From: Kiritimatiellia bacterium
Lineage (GTDB): Bacteria; Verrucomicrobiota; Kiritimatiellia; JAAZAB01
Assembly: GCA_040767085.1 (NCBI GenBank)
Contig: JAXGPF010000015.1
Coordinates: 26,796 to 90,795 of the forward strand
Reading direction: 5' to 3'
Length of the DNA: 64,000 nucleotides
The notes beneath the pieces are model-generated. The model was not told where the DNA came from and made no database searches. It saw only the letters and a list, made by a program, of their open reading frames with translations. The first letter of the stretch is position 1; every line of letters begins with the position of its first letter. Position numbers and translations under genes: made by a program. Below, piece after piece: positions 30,142-40,454 of the stretch.

Positions 30142-30676
30142 TGGATGTATCCTCCATACTGTCTTGTTTGCGGTCCGTCCGCGCGCCGCCGCCAGGTTTT
30201 AACGCTCCCGGGGAAATGCGTTCCAGCGCCGCCCATACGCCGCCGGTATCCGCGCGGCGCGGCCGGGTACAGCGGCAGGGCGCATGATTCAAATCGGCTC
30301 CGCAGCCGGGGCACAAGCCCCGGCAATCATTCCGGCAAAGCCAATTCGAAGGAAAGCTCAGCATCATATCTTCACGGATATCCGGGGTCAAGTCAATTGC
30401 GGTGTCATCGGCGGTCAATTGAAAAACGCGGGTAAAATCCGGGGCCGCCTGGCGCCGGTGAAACCAGGCCCCGCAACGCGCGCAGAGGCACTCCAGGTCC
30501 AGCGTCAGGCGGCCGCGCACCAGCAATTCATCGCCCAGGCATTCGGCGCGCAAGTCGTAATGCAGCGCGGGGCCGGGCCGGATAAACGGAATCGTCTCCA
30601 ATTCCAGGTCCAGCGCGTCAATTTCGCCGCGCAATTGCTGCGGGCGTTTGCGCAGGGCTGCGGGCTCAAGCATCAT
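30080..30676 (-). CDS. yceD: YceD/DUF177 protein
   Basis: CARC and [13 protein letters not shown] motifs; conserved position upstream of rpmF. Confidence 0.85.
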   Translation of the reverse strand: MMLEPAALRKRPQQLRGEIDALDLELETIPFIRPGPALHYDLRAECLGDELLVRGRLTLDLECLCARCGAWFHRRQAAPDFTRVFQLTADDTAIDLTPDIREDMMLSFPSNWLCRNDCRGLCPGCGADLNHAPCRCTRPRRADTGGVWAALERISPGALKPGGGARTDRKQDSMEDTSNGNAKTQEVEKQGKNVQTGA

Positions 30677-31151
30677 GGAACTTCCGTTGCAGGGCGGTTT
30701 GCACAAAATCCGGCACAAACAGGCTGGTGTCGCCGCCCAGGGCCGCGACTTCACGCACCGTGCTGGAACTGACATAGCTGTAGGTTTCCGCCGGCATTAA
30801 AAAGATGGTTTCGATATCCGGCGCCAGCTTGCGGTTGGTCAAGGCCATCTGGAATTCGTATTCGAAATCGGAGAAGGCCCGCACGCCGCGGATCACCGCG
30901 CGCGCGCCGCGGCGGCGGGCGTAATCCATCAGCAGTCCCTCGAACGGTTCGACTTCCAGCGCGGGCATTTCCGGCAGCAGCTCGCGCGCCATGGCGACTC
31001 GCTCGGCGACGCTGAAAAGGGGGCTTTTGTGGGTGCCGGCGGAAACCGCCATCACTACGCGCTCGAACAAACGCAACGCACGGCGCAAAAGATCCAAATG
31101 GCCCAGGGTCAAGGGATCGAACGTTCCCGGATATATAGCCAACCCGCGCAA
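30666..31151 (-). CDS. coaD: Phosphopantetheine adenylyltransferase
   Basis: YPGTFDPLTLGH, RGVR..SDFEYE, VSSS. Confidence 0.96.
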   Translation of the reverse strand: MRGLAIYPGTFDPLTLGHLDLLRRALRLFERVVMAVSAGTHKSPLFSVAERVAMARELLPEMPALEVEPFEGLLMDYARRRGARAVIRGVRAFSDFEYEFQMALTNRKLAPDIETIFLMPAETYSYVSSSTVREVAALGGDTSLFVPDFVQTALQRKFHDA

Positions 31152-31155
31152 ACTC

Positions 31156-31731
31156 TCACTCCCCGGCGCCGGCGCGCCGATATATGCAAATACGCGTCTC
31201 GCCGTAACAGCGATCGCGCATCAAGCTCCAATCCGGAGACCCTACCGGCTCCAGCCCGCGCGCTTGTTCCAATACCAGCCAAGCGTTGGAGTCCAGCATA
31301 CCCCCTTGCGCCAGCGCTGGCAAGAGTTTTTTAACGCTGGCGCCGCTCCGATCATACGGCGGATCGGCCAAAACCAGGTCGAACATCATGGCGCCCCGCC
31401 CCGGGCGGCCGGCCAGAAAACGCAGGACGTCATCGCAGACACAGACGGCGCCGGGGCCGCCGCCGGTCAACGCTTCAACATTCCTCCGCAGATTGGCGTA
31501 AATCAGCCGGTCACGTTCCACCCACACCACCAGCGATGCGCCCCGGCTCCAGGCTTCCAATCCCAGGGCGCCCGTGCCGGCGTAAAGGTCCAGCACGCGG
31601 GCGCGGTCCAGCCGCCCGATCAGCATGGAAAAGATCGCCGCGCGCACGCGGTCCTGGGTCGGACGCACCGGCCCGGCCGGCACCCGCAATTGCCGCCCGC
31701 GCGCGGCCCCTCCGGTAAGGCGTATCGGCAT
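31156..31731 (-). CDS. rsmD: 16S rRNA m2G966 methyltransferase
   Basis: RPTQDRVR, LDLYAGTGALGLEAWSRGA, DPPY, YGET. Confidence 0.92.
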   Translation of the reverse strand: MPIRLTGGAARGRQLRVPAGPVRPTQDRVRAAIFSMLIGRLDRARVLDLYAGTGALGLEAWSRGASLVVWVERDRLIYANLRRNVEALTGGGPGAVCVCDDVLRFLAGRPGRGAMMFDLVLADPPYDRSGASVKKLLPALAQGGMLDSNAWLVLEQARGLEPVGSPDWSLMRDRCYGETRICIYRRAGAGE

Positions 31732-31819
31732 AATTCCTGGTCTTTCCAGGGCGGGCAACGCCGCCCGGGCAAATTGTTAGAAGAGGGCGGTGCGATGGCC
31801 ATGCAGCCGCTGCCGGAAA

Positions 31820-31848
31820 AATCTACACCGTTGACGGAGTGAAGTCAA
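31820..31848 (-). promoter_or_regulatory. sigma70-type promoter of the rsmD-fabD operon
   Basis: TTGACT-N17-TAGATT on the minus strand. Confidence 0.55.
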
Positions 31849-31892
31849 TACCCCTGCCGCCAGCCGCAGGCCTGGCCATCAAAAAGCGCGCA

Positions 31893-32012
31893 GCCCTTCG
31901 ACAAAGTTCAGGGCAGGCATGCAGGCCCTTCCTCCGGATTGTCACAAATGCGAAATTTTGCAGCCTCTCTTCCCTCTGTCCTCTGCCCCTTTGGGCCTCT
32001 GCGCCTCTACCC
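31893..32012. repeat. REP-like hairpin plus degenerate 7/8-bp tandem repeats
   Basis: GCCCTTCGACAAAGTTCAGGGC (31893-31914); CTCTGCCC/CTTTGGGC/CTCTGCGC/CTCTACCC (31981-32012). Confidence 0.55.
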
Positions 32013-32059
32013 CCTTCCTTGCGCGTCCAGCAGGCAAATAATATAAGCAGAAAATGATT

Positions 32060-32087
32060 TTGACAAACTCGCGTTCGGCTTTATACT
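32060..32087 (+). promoter_or_regulatory. sigma70 promoter of the peptidase gene
   Basis: TTGACA-N16-TATACT. Confidence 0.65.
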
Positions 32088-32156
32088 TCAACCAGAATCC
32101 ATTATGATGCCAGCGCCAGACGATGCCTGCAAATTAATCCCAAAACAGGGGGGAAA

Positions 32157-34340
32157 ATGAACCGCTTGAAATTTATCGCCGCCATGATTGCCTTGGTGTT
32201 TGCGAAAGCTGTTCCGGCAGTCGAACCCGAAAGCGCGCCACTGAACCCAGAGTTCATCCGTTACGTGGAGAAGCAGAAACAGGCGGCCTTCGACCTGTAT
32301 TTGGCCGGCGCGGATAAAAATTACGGGCTCATACCGCTGCTGAATCCGATTCCACCAGCGCCGCCGGTTAAGGAGGAAACTGATCAGCACAAAACTTTTG
32401 CCGCTTATTACGACCTGCGCAATGCCGGCAAAATGACCCCTGTGCGCGACCAGGGCAACGAGGGCGCCTGCTGGGCCTTCGCCACCTTCGGTTCGATGGA
32501 ATCCTGCCTGCTGACGGCGGAGACATGGGATTTTTCAGAAAACAACCTGGTCAATCTTTCCGGATTTGACTGGGGATTCAGCGCCGGAGGGAACATCGAT
32601 ATGTCTACCGCCTACCTGGCCCGCTGGAACGGCCCGGTCCGCGAAAGCGAAGACCCTTATCCGCGCCCGGGCCAAAGCGCCAGCCGGGCGCCGGTTAAAC
32701 ACACGCAGCGAGTTTATATTTTGCCGAAGCGGACCGGTTACACCGCCAATTCGCTGATCAAGCAGGCGATTTTGGACTATGGCGCGGTGTTTACGGTCAT
32801 GAGTTCGCAGTCCGGTTGTCTTCAAGAAAGCACCGCCGGCTATTATTACAACGGCAATCAGGATTGCAATCACGCCGTTACTATCGCCGGCTGGGATGAC
32901 AACTTCAGCCGCGACAATTTCCTGATCAAACCGCCCGGCAATGGCGCCTTCATTGTCAAGAACAGTTGGGGCAAGGGCTGGGGCAAAGCGGGCTATTTTT
33001 ACATTTCATATTACGATACCAGGGTGGCCGAACATAGCGCCGTGGTGCCACGGGTGGAAGCCGTCAGCAATTATTCCCGCATCTACCAATACGATCCGCT
33101 GGGCGCGGTGCGCTGGTTCGGGTACGGCAACCAGACCTGCTGGGGCGCCAATATTTTTGCCGCCGCCGCCACGGAATCCCTGCGCGCTGTCAGTTTCCAT
33201 ACGCCGATTGCCAACTCGAAGGTTACGGTTTACATATACACCGGCTGCGCCGCCAACAGTCCACGGAGCGGTTCGCTCCGCACTACCCAGAGCGCCACGC
33301 TGGCCTATCGTGGTTATCATACTTTAAACTTGAATACTGCCGTCAACCTCGCGTCCGGACAGCGGTTTTCCGTGGTAATCAAGTTTGAGACGCCGGGATA
33401 TAATTATCCCCTGCCCTATGAATGCGCCATCAACGGGTACAGCAGCCGCGCTACTGCCAGCCCGGGACAGAGCTTTTACAGTTCCAACGGTTCTGCCTGG
33501 TCGGATATGACCGGTTATGACCGCAGCGCCAACGTCTGCATCAAGGCTTTGACCGGCACGGGATCGCCCCCGCCCCCGCCGCCTCCCCCGCCGCCGCCCC
33601 CACCCCCGCCGCCTCCGCCCCCGCCAACGGCGGGCATACCCGTTCTGGCGGATTATGACGGCGACCGGCGCGCCGAACCGGCGCTGTACTGGACCGACGG
33701 TAAATTCCGTTCCATCCTTTCCAGCCGCGGTTATGGCGCGCTCGGCGTCACCACTGGGTACAAAGGCGCCCAATACCAGCCCATGCCCGGCGATTTCGAC
33801 GGCGATGGCTTTGCCGATCCGGCCGTCTTGGACCGCTCCCGCCGGCAATACAGGTACTATTCGTCACGCAGAGGATACAAGGCCTATTACCTTAAACAAA
33901 CGTGGTACTGGGCCGGCCTGCGCAACAGCGCCGGGGATGCGGATGGCGATGGATATGCCGACCTGGTTGGCTACGATCCTACTGAAAAAACATGGTATGT
34001 GCTGCTGAGCAGTTACAACTACGGGACTTACGCCTGGCTCGAATGGGGCGGAGCGAACTGGATACCATTCTGCGCGGACTATGACGGCGACCGCTTCGGC
34101 GATCTGATCGCCTATAACACGTCGGATAAGTACTGGTATATCCTTTTATCCACGCGCGGATATGCCAAGTACACCTACCGTTACTTCGGCTTCACTGGAT
34201 TTACTCCGGTGGTAAGTGATTGTGACGGAGATGGCCGGGCTGACCTGGGTATGTACAACACCTCGACGGGGGTCTGGCGGGTTTTGCTGTCCAGCACCGG
34301 CTACCGGCAGTACGTCGCCGCTACCTGGCGCGGCAATTGA
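32157..34340 (+). CDS. Secreted C1A papain-family cysteine peptidase with lectin-like domain, polyproline linker and FG-GAP-like repeats
   Basis: Signal peptide; DQGNEGACWAF, NHAV, KNSWG; ~20 consecutive Pro; DYDGD/DFDGDG repeats. Confidence 0.9.
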   Translation: MNRLKFIAAMIALVFAKAVPAVEPESAPLNPEFIRYVEKQKQAAFDLYLAGADKNYGLIPLLNPIPPAPPVKEETDQHKTFAAYYDLRNAGKMTPVRDQGNEGACWAFATFGSMESCLLTAETWDFSENNLVNLSGFDWGFSAGGNIDMSTAYLARWNGPVRESEDPYPRPGQSASRAPVKHTQRVYILPKRTGYTANSLIKQAILDYGAVFTVMSSQSGCLQESTAGYYYNGNQDCNHAVTIAGWDDNFSRDNFLIKPPGNGAFIVKNSWGKGWGKAGYFYISYYDTRVAEHSAVVPRVEAVSNYSRIYQYDPLGAVRWFGYGNQTCWGANIFAAAATESLRAVSFHTPIANSKVTVYIYTGCAANSPRSGSLRTTQSATLAYRGYHTLNLNTAVNLASGQRFSVVIKFETPGYNYPLPYECAINGYSSRATASPGQSFYSSNGSAWSDMTGYDRSANVCIKALTGTGSPPPPPPPPPPPPPPPPPPPPTAGIPVLADYDGDRRAEPALYWTDGKFRSILSSRGYGALGVTTGYKGAQYQPMPGDFDGDGFADPAVLDRSRRQYRYYSSRRGYKAYYLKQTWYWAGLRNSAGDADGDGYADLVGYDPTEKTWYVLLSSYNYGTYAWLEWGGANWIPFCADYDGDRFGDLIAYNTSDKYWYILLSTRGYAKYTYRYFGFTGFTPVVSDCDGDGRADLGMYNTSTGVWRVLLSSTGYRQYVAATWRGN

Positions 34341-34366
34341 CGATAGGGGCGCCTGTGGCGAACAGC

Positions 34367-37300
34367 CTATTTGGGCAGCAAGTTAAGCGGATCACAGGCT
34401 GCTTTTTTGACAACGATAGAGTCATCCTGAAACTCCGTCGGGGCGCCGCCCTGCTCGACCTGGAGGCCGCTGACCCGCACGGCCGCGCCATCACCGGGCG
34501 TCATTAAGATTCTACGCGCGCCCAAATTCGATTTCCCGCCCGGCGGCAAATTAAAAGAATAATGGTACCGCTGCCATGTTTCCGTCAATTTAAAATTTTT
34601 CTTCGCGCTTTCAATCCCGACAGTCAAAGTGGCGCCCGGCTTTTCGCCGCGCGCATAAAGCGAGAAGGTCATTTCCACCGGCTTGTCGGAAGCCGGCGGA
34701 TAAAACACGCCAAAAGTTCCGCGCGTTTTGTATCCGCGCTCGGCAAATGGGCGCTTGAACATTCTTAAGGACGGATGGCCATTCCAAGTCACCTCCTTAT
34801 CAACAAACCACGACGAGCCCTTCTGCCCGACCGCAGGTTCGGTGCTCAGGCAGAAATACGGCCGGAAGAAATCGGGAATGCCGGGATTGAACTGCCGTTC
34901 AAAGCAGGGGTTGGGGACATGATTTTTTCCCAGCATCAACTGCCGCACAATGCCGGCCACATCCACGGAATTGGCAATTTCATCCTTCACCGGAGTCATT
35001 TCCAGCGCCACTTGCACCGGAACGGACGAACGGGACAGTTTCATCCGATAGGCCCGCGTGCCGTAAGGCTCAATCTTGTCCTTAAACGCTTCACCATCCA
35101 ACGCCAATATCCTTTGTGCCTTTGTGTCTTTGTGAGAGAATTCCGCATGTTTATCATCACAAAACATCCGCGCCGCGCGTTCCAGTCCGCCAACCTGGAA
35201 CTTCGTATCCACCGCATGCGGCATGATATTAACCGCCAGCAGCAGGTAATCGCCGTCCGGATACTGGAACACCGCCGCGTTGACCATTGGAAATTTCTGT
35301 TCATCGGGCTGAAAATTATCAGGTGTATATTTTATTTTTTGTGCTACGTCGCCATTGACCAGCGCTGGCGACATTTCCTTGATTTGGGCGCTGATCGTGC
35401 GCAGGGCATCCCAGGGATCCGGCCCGACCACGCAACTCAAGGCAAAATAAAGCAACCCCCGCGAACCGTAAATGATAGCCGTCCAAGCCTGGCAGAGCAT
35501 GCGGGATTTATTCATGCCGATGGGAGTGCGCGACGTATCCTGCTGGCTGGCGATGGGCACGAACCACATGATCTTGTTATCCTGCCGGCAACGCTCGCGC
35601 AATTGCCATGCGTAATAAGCCGTGCTCAACCCGGGCTCAATTCTGATCCCGGCATCCGGCCTGAACAATTTCGGATAGATATCATATCCCAGGATATCAC
35701 ACCAACGCGTCCAATCATCGCCGGGTGGAATATACGCTGAATACACCATGAGTTGCGGGCGATATGGATCCAAAGGCGTAATGGTGTTCCAATACCGTTC
35801 CGCACCGGCAATTCTTTCCTCGGGGTTGACCAGATTAGGTTCATCCACGTTGTAATAGGCGACAAAATTTTTGTAATCGCGCAAAATCCTGGTGTCGGCA
35901 ATAATCTCCGGCTCTGCCGCATCATACTCCTTTTGCTGGATGGCCAGTCGCTCAGCCAAAGGCAAATCACAGGGTGGCGGCGGCCACATCCCGGGTTTCC
36001 AGCCGATCGGATGCGGTTGGGGCGAGGTCCAGGTAATCACGTTTAATCCGTATTTTTCAGCCAGGTGCATGAAGGCAACCGTATTGGTGGCGCTTTTTGA
36101 CCTGATGATGGTATTCAGGCCGATATCCTCGGCCAGGAACCGGAATAATTCTTCATCATCCTCCTTGCTGCCATTGACGCCCAAACGGCGTTGGAGGGTA
36201 TGCCCGTATAAACCAACCGGGAAAAAAGGCTGTCCATCCTTCAATACAATGCCTTTAATAAAATCCGCCTTGGTTTCAAACCCCGGCCGCGAATCCAATC
36301 GCACTATGTTCACCGTTTGCTGGGCCAATTCATTTCCATCCATGAGAATGCTGATTTTGACCTCGTTAACCCCCTGCCCCAGTTTTGACAGAGGAATTGC
36401 CGGAGTGATCACCGGGCTCAAGCCATTCAATTCCACCATCATCGCGCCTGCCAGCTCCAGGCTCAACTTTGCCGTCCGCAGCATACTTTCCGGCAATCCC
36501 AATTCGACCCGGATATCAGCCGATTCTTCGGAAGTATAATAACTGCGGCCGGCGTAAACTCGTTTCAATACATTTAACGCCGAGGTATCGGCAATGGCAA
36601 ACGATGCCAGTCGATTGCCGTTCTGCGGATCTTCCAGCACAACGGTAATATTACGCTCCCGCCATGTCCCGACCGGCACCATTGGAAATAAATCCAAAAC
36701 GCCGCTCAATGCTACCGGCTGCGTGTAAGTTGTGACAGCGCCCTGCCCGAAATTTTCGATGATTTTTAATTGCGCCGCACCGGTTTTTGGCGTTGCGGTT
36801 GCCAAGGTCAAAGCCAGGCAATAAAAATTCGTACCGGCGTCCCGCCGGACTCCAGTGATAGCCGCTTTTGGGATTATCGGCGCGAATGGGACCTCCGGCT
36901 TGAATCCGCCAAGCCCGCGCAATTCAAAATAATTTCGAAAACTTTGAACGCTGCCCTTATGGCCCGGTTTCAAGACGTGATAAACGCGCTTTTCCTCCAG
37001 CACCGCCCCCATGTCATCCAGGCCGATTTCAACATAATTTCTTAAAATGTTTATCTGGGCGCTGCTCAAATCATCGCCATCCATGGAAATAAGGGGGATC
37101 GCCGCTTCCGCCGCCCAGCCATCAGCCTGCCGCGTGGTCACGGTGCGCCACAACGAATTCCAACCGGCATCGCGTCCGGATTCCGTACACAGCCTGTCCG
37201 CCCGGACATTGGCAAAGCTCAACATGAAATGGCAATAAGTTGTCGAATTGGTGGATGGCCGGATAAATAATTCCACGGATTCGTCGCGATTCACTTGCCC

Positions 37301-37609
37301 TTCGTTTTTCGCGGCTTTTTGGGTTACATGTTCCATCTGGGGATTCCGGCACCGCACCCCCAGATACAGCCAGGTGTTGTCGCGTAACAGTAAAATTTCA
37401 GTTTCCGGCGCCGGGATATCGCTGTTGATTTGATACAGGTTTGCTATTTTGGCGGCTGATCGCCAGGCCGGATCATCAAGTTGGCCGTCTAGCATGGGCG
37501 GCTGGCCGCAGGCGGGTATTTCAACCGGCGGCAAAGCCGCCGCCATTGTAACCAGTCCGCACCCGACCGCCGTGAACGCCGTCAAACCGCACCAAAGTTT
37601 GCCTCGCAT
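34367..37609 (-). CDS. Large secreted glycoside-hydrolase-like protein A (CBM9-like N-terminus, TIM barrel, CBM-like C-terminus)
   Basis: Signal peptide; LDGQLDDPAW...DESVELFI (CBM9/DOMON-like); DGQPFFPVG, NVDEP, DILGYDIYP; family not assignable. Confidence 0.7.
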   Translation of the reverse strand: MRGKLWCGLTAFTAVGCGLVTMAAALPPVEIPACGQPPMLDGQLDDPAWRSAAKIANLYQINSDIPAPETEILLLRDNTWLYLGVRCRNPQMEHVTQKAAKNEGQVNRDESVELFIRPSTNSTTYCHFMLSFANVRADRLCTESGRDAGWNSLWRTVTTRQADGWAAEAAIPLISMDGDDLSSAQINILRNYVEIGLDDMGAVLEEKRVYHVLKPGHKGSVQSFRNYFELRGLGGFKPEVPFAPIIPKAAITGVRRDAGTNFYCLALTLATATPKTGAAQLKIIENFGQGAVTTYTQPVALSGVLDLFPMVPVGTWRERNITVVLEDPQNGNRLASFAIADTSALNVLKRVYAGRSYYTSEESADIRVELGLPESMLRTAKLSLELAGAMMVELNGLSPVITPAIPLSKLGQGVNEVKISILMDGNELAQQTVNIVRLDSRPGFETKADFIKGIVLKDGQPFFPVGLYGHTLQRRLGVNGSKEDDEELFRFLAEDIGLNTIIRSKSATNTVAFMHLAEKYGLNVITWTSPQPHPIGWKPGMWPPPPCDLPLAERLAIQQKEYDAAEPEIIADTRILRDYKNFVAYYNVDEPNLVNPEERIAGAERYWNTITPLDPYRPQLMVYSAYIPPGDDWTRWCDILGYDIYPKLFRPDAGIRIEPGLSTAYYAWQLRERCRQDNKIMWFVPIASQQDTSRTPIGMNKSRMLCQAWTAIIYGSRGLLYFALSCVVGPDPWDALRTISAQIKEMSPALVNGDVAQKIKYTPDNFQPDEQKFPMVNAAVFQYPDGDYLLLAVNIMPHAVDTKFQVGGLERAARMFCDDKHAEFSHKDTKAQRILALDGEAFKDKIEPYGTRAYRMKLSRSSVPVQVALEMTPVKDEIANSVDVAGIVRQLMLGKNHVPNPCFERQFNPGIPDFFRPYFCLSTEPAVGQKGSSWFVDKEVTWNGHPSLRMFKRPFAERGYKTRGTFGVFYPPASDKPVEMTFSLYARGEKPGATLTVGIESAKKNFKLTETWQRYHYSFNLPPGGKSNLGARRILMTPGDGAAVRVSGLQVEQGGAPTEFQDDSIVVKKAACDPLNLLPK

Positions 37610-37639
37610 TAAAACCCCATCCCTGTTATTTCTGTTGAA

Positions 37640-39367
37640 TCACCGCACCTGGAACAACGTTCCGCTTAAAATCAATTCGTAACACCCCATGTCGGCCTGC
37701 CGGACAAAATAATCCCGCCGGGGACGTCCATCCAAATCCATGGCCGCTGCCATCCATGCAAAATTGGTGCCGGCATTGACGCAGGGCGAACCATGCGCCA
37801 GGCGGTAATCGCCGCCTGCCAGGCTCAAGCCGTAACCCGCTCCCGGCGCCGCAAACAACGGATCAACGGCAAGATTGCCCCGGACCCCCTGGGGCAATAC
37901 CGGACTGCAGGAAAAGTGGAACGCGTTGGTGCTGTCAGTGCCGGGCAGATACAAGTCCTGATCGCCAACCCCGGCGGAATTGGAATAGACAATGCAATTG
38001 AAAACGAGATTGCTGGCCACCGCCGCCAGGGCCAGTCCGCCGCCGCCGCCCAGGGTCTGATTGCCCGCGACCGTGCAGGACTCCACCGTGTTCGTTCCAT
38101 CCACGCCGATGTAAATGCCGCCGCCATGATATGTTGCCGTAGAAGATGTCGTCACATTGCCCACGATCAGGCAATTGCGGATTTGGGTTTGCGATTGCGG
38201 GGCGACGTATACTCCGCCGCCGGAACGCCAGGCGCTGTTGGAAACAATTTCACAATATTCCATGACCCCGTTAGTCCTGAAATATATCCCGCCGCCTTCA
38301 TTGTCAACAGCAAGATTACCGGCAATCCGCGAATGTGTGACGGTAATGGCGCCGACATTCCCTTGGTTATACCCGTGTAAAATCCCCCCGCCATACGTAC
38401 CTGCTTCGTTAAAGGTGAAAACGCAATTGCTGATCAACGCGCTCCCTTCCGCATAGGTAGTCAGCCCGCCGCACACCGTGCCTTTGTTGTGCGTCACCGT
38501 GCTGCCAATGAGTTCCAGTTCTGCGTCTTCCACGGCAATGCCGCCGACATAGGCATAGAAGGAATTATTGCTGATGATGCAATCCTGTAACAACGCGCGC
38601 TGTCCTGCAGACCCAACAATCGATATCCCCGCCCCGCGCTTTAACGCGCCGGCATGCCCATTCCCGGAAATCACACAGTTGGACAGGACGGCCAGGCTGC
38701 CGGACGAATTCCGAAACTGGATTCCGCCGCCTGGACCGGCGCTGGTGTTGTCGGCTACCGTGCTGTTCAATAACGCCGCGCCACCGGCAAAAAATACTCC
38801 GCCGCCGCCAATGGTGGCCAACATGACCTCATTGGAAACCACCCGGCAATTGTCGGCAATGGCATTGGCGGACGCCAGATACAACCCGCCGCCGCGATGT
38901 GAAGCCTTGCAGTAAAAAACATTGCAATTGGTCGCCAGCCCGGAATTAAGGTTTATTCCGCCGCCATTAATTCCACCGGTAGCGTTGGGAGCATATCCAT
39001 TGGTCAAGGTGAATCCGTCCAATACCGCCCCGGGGTCATTGAGATACACCAGGCGTGTGTCGTAAGCCGGATCGCGGGTAATCGTCACGCCGGCCGGCGG
39101 ATTCAGTCCGCGGACAAAGATCGCCTCGCCAATCGTGATTTGATTGGTTACAAAATAGAGGCCGTTGGAGACCAGCACCGTGTCGCCGGCGCCGGCGGCG
39201 TTAATGGCGCCCTGGATACTGTTGGTGGGATCCTCCCACTTGGACCCCGCGCCCGTCCCGTTGGTGGTCACAAACCAGGTGGCTTGGGCGGGCGCCAACA
39301 CCGACGGCAGCCACAATCCAACAGCAATCAGCGCCGGACTTAAACCGCGGACAAACATAGTTTTCAT
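37640..39367 (-). CDS. Secreted right-handed beta-helix protein A (choice-of-anchor-Q-like C-terminus)
   Basis: Signal peptide; GGG-x-N-C-x-I-x-x-N repeats; DYRL..GSPCVNAG..DLDGRPR..DMGCYE. Confidence 0.8.
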   Translation of the reverse strand: MKTMFVRGLSPALIAVGLWLPSVLAPAQATWFVTTNGTGAGSKWEDPTNSIQGAINAAGAGDTVLVSNGLYFVTNQITIGEAIFVRGLNPPAGVTITRDPAYDTRLVYLNDPGAVLDGFTLTNGYAPNATGGINGGGINLNSGLATNCNVFYCKASHRGGGLYLASANAIADNCRVVSNEVMLATIGGGGVFFAGGAALLNSTVADNTSAGPGGGIQFRNSSGSLAVLSNCVISGNGHAGALKRGAGISIVGSAGQRALLQDCIISNNSFYAYVGGIAVEDAELELIGSTVTHNKGTVCGGLTTYAEGSALISNCVFTFNEAGTYGGGILHGYNQGNVGAITVTHSRIAGNLAVDNEGGGIYFRTNGVMEYCEIVSNSAWRSGGGVYVAPQSQTQIRNCLIVGNVTTSSTATYHGGGIYIGVDGTNTVESCTVAGNQTLGGGGGLALAAVASNLVFNCIVYSNSAGVGDQDLYLPGTDSTNAFHFSCSPVLPQGVRGNLAVDPLFAAPGAGYGLSLAGGDYRLAHGSPCVNAGTNFAWMAAAMDLDGRPRRDYFVRQADMGCYELILSGTLFQVR

Positions 39368-39499
39368 GCCGCCCCTTTCCGTTAGGTTTGAATTTGAGTG
39401 TGCGGTGTTCAGGGTTCTGGCGTAACACCTGAAAACCTTGAACCTTGCAATATCCAAAAACATGAGCGTTAAATTTGCGCGATGGGTAAATCGCCAAAT

Positions 39500-40306
39500 T
39501 CAGCTCGGTAAATTTGACAATATTCCCCGCAGATGCGAACGCATGGCGTCGAACGCGCAATGCGAACTGCGCGCCTTGTATTTCAAGGTCACATGCTCGC
39601 GCGCGTACTGGCCGGCCTTATCGTTAAACGTCCCCCGGGAAGTCACCAACTGCCCCCAGTTGCCGAAACTCCAGCCGGTGTTGTCTTTGCGTTCGGAAAG
39701 ATTTTTATGCCATTCCTCCGGGAACAATGCCAGCCAGCGCGGATGATCGTTGAGCCAGGTGCCGGTGTAAAGCGTGTCATAGCCGTATTCCCTGGCGCTG
39801 CGCTCCATCAACTCCATGAAACAATCCGGCAAATGGCGCGGATCGTCATAAATGGAGCGGGGCGACAGCGCGTTGGCGATATGGAAGCAGCACCAGTTCG
39901 GCTGCAGGTTGGGCCGGGGCGGATCGTATTTCAGGCTGCGCACGTTCCACTCCGGCGGCAGGTAACCGGGCATGCCGACGCTTTTGGGGTAAAATTCTTC
40001 CGCGCGCGCCAGGGCCAAATCGCGGATTTCGGCGAACATCCGCTCCTCGAATTCATCCGGCGGCAGACCGCCCTGTTCATTCGCGCGGGCGACAATCGGC
40101 CGGCAATCCGGATTGTCCCACCTGGTCTGGTAATCCCGGTAATTCAAGACGTGAAAAAAAAGGGGCGTACGGTCGCGCACCAATTCGCCGACCGGGCTTT
40201 CGGGCATTTTATCCTTCAGCCGGCGCGCGAAATAAAACGACAGGCGCGCCATTTTTTCCACATATTCCCGATGTTCATCCAGTGTTTTAATAATTGGTTC
40301 GGACAT
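39500..40306 (-). CDS. Hypothetical protein (possible GNAT-like fold)
   Basis: 268 aa ORF; FHIAN...TGTWLND only weakly recalls GNAT-like C-terminal domains. Confidence 0.6.
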   Translation of the reverse strand: MSEPIIKTLDEHREYVEKMARLSFYFARRLKDKMPESPVGELVRDRTPLFFHVLNYRDYQTRWDNPDCRPIVARANEQGGLPPDEFEERMFAEIRDLALARAEEFYPKSVGMPGYLPPEWNVRSLKYDPPRPNLQPNWCCFHIANALSPRSIYDDPRHLPDCFMELMERSAREYGYDTLYTGTWLNDHPRWLALFPEEWHKNLSERKDNTGWSFGNWGQLVTSRGTFNDKAGQYAREHVTLKYKARSSHCAFDAMRSHLRGILSNLPS

Positions 40307-40454
40307 ATTGCTTCCCAGGCATTTAAAAAGCCTTGACACCTCTATGCCGCCGCATGGCGGTCCGCCATGTCGCAAAGGATGGTGAAAATTACTCAAAGTT
40401 AGTTGTATATTACTCCGAGTTGATATACAGTAAAGGTCATATTTGACCAAAGGC

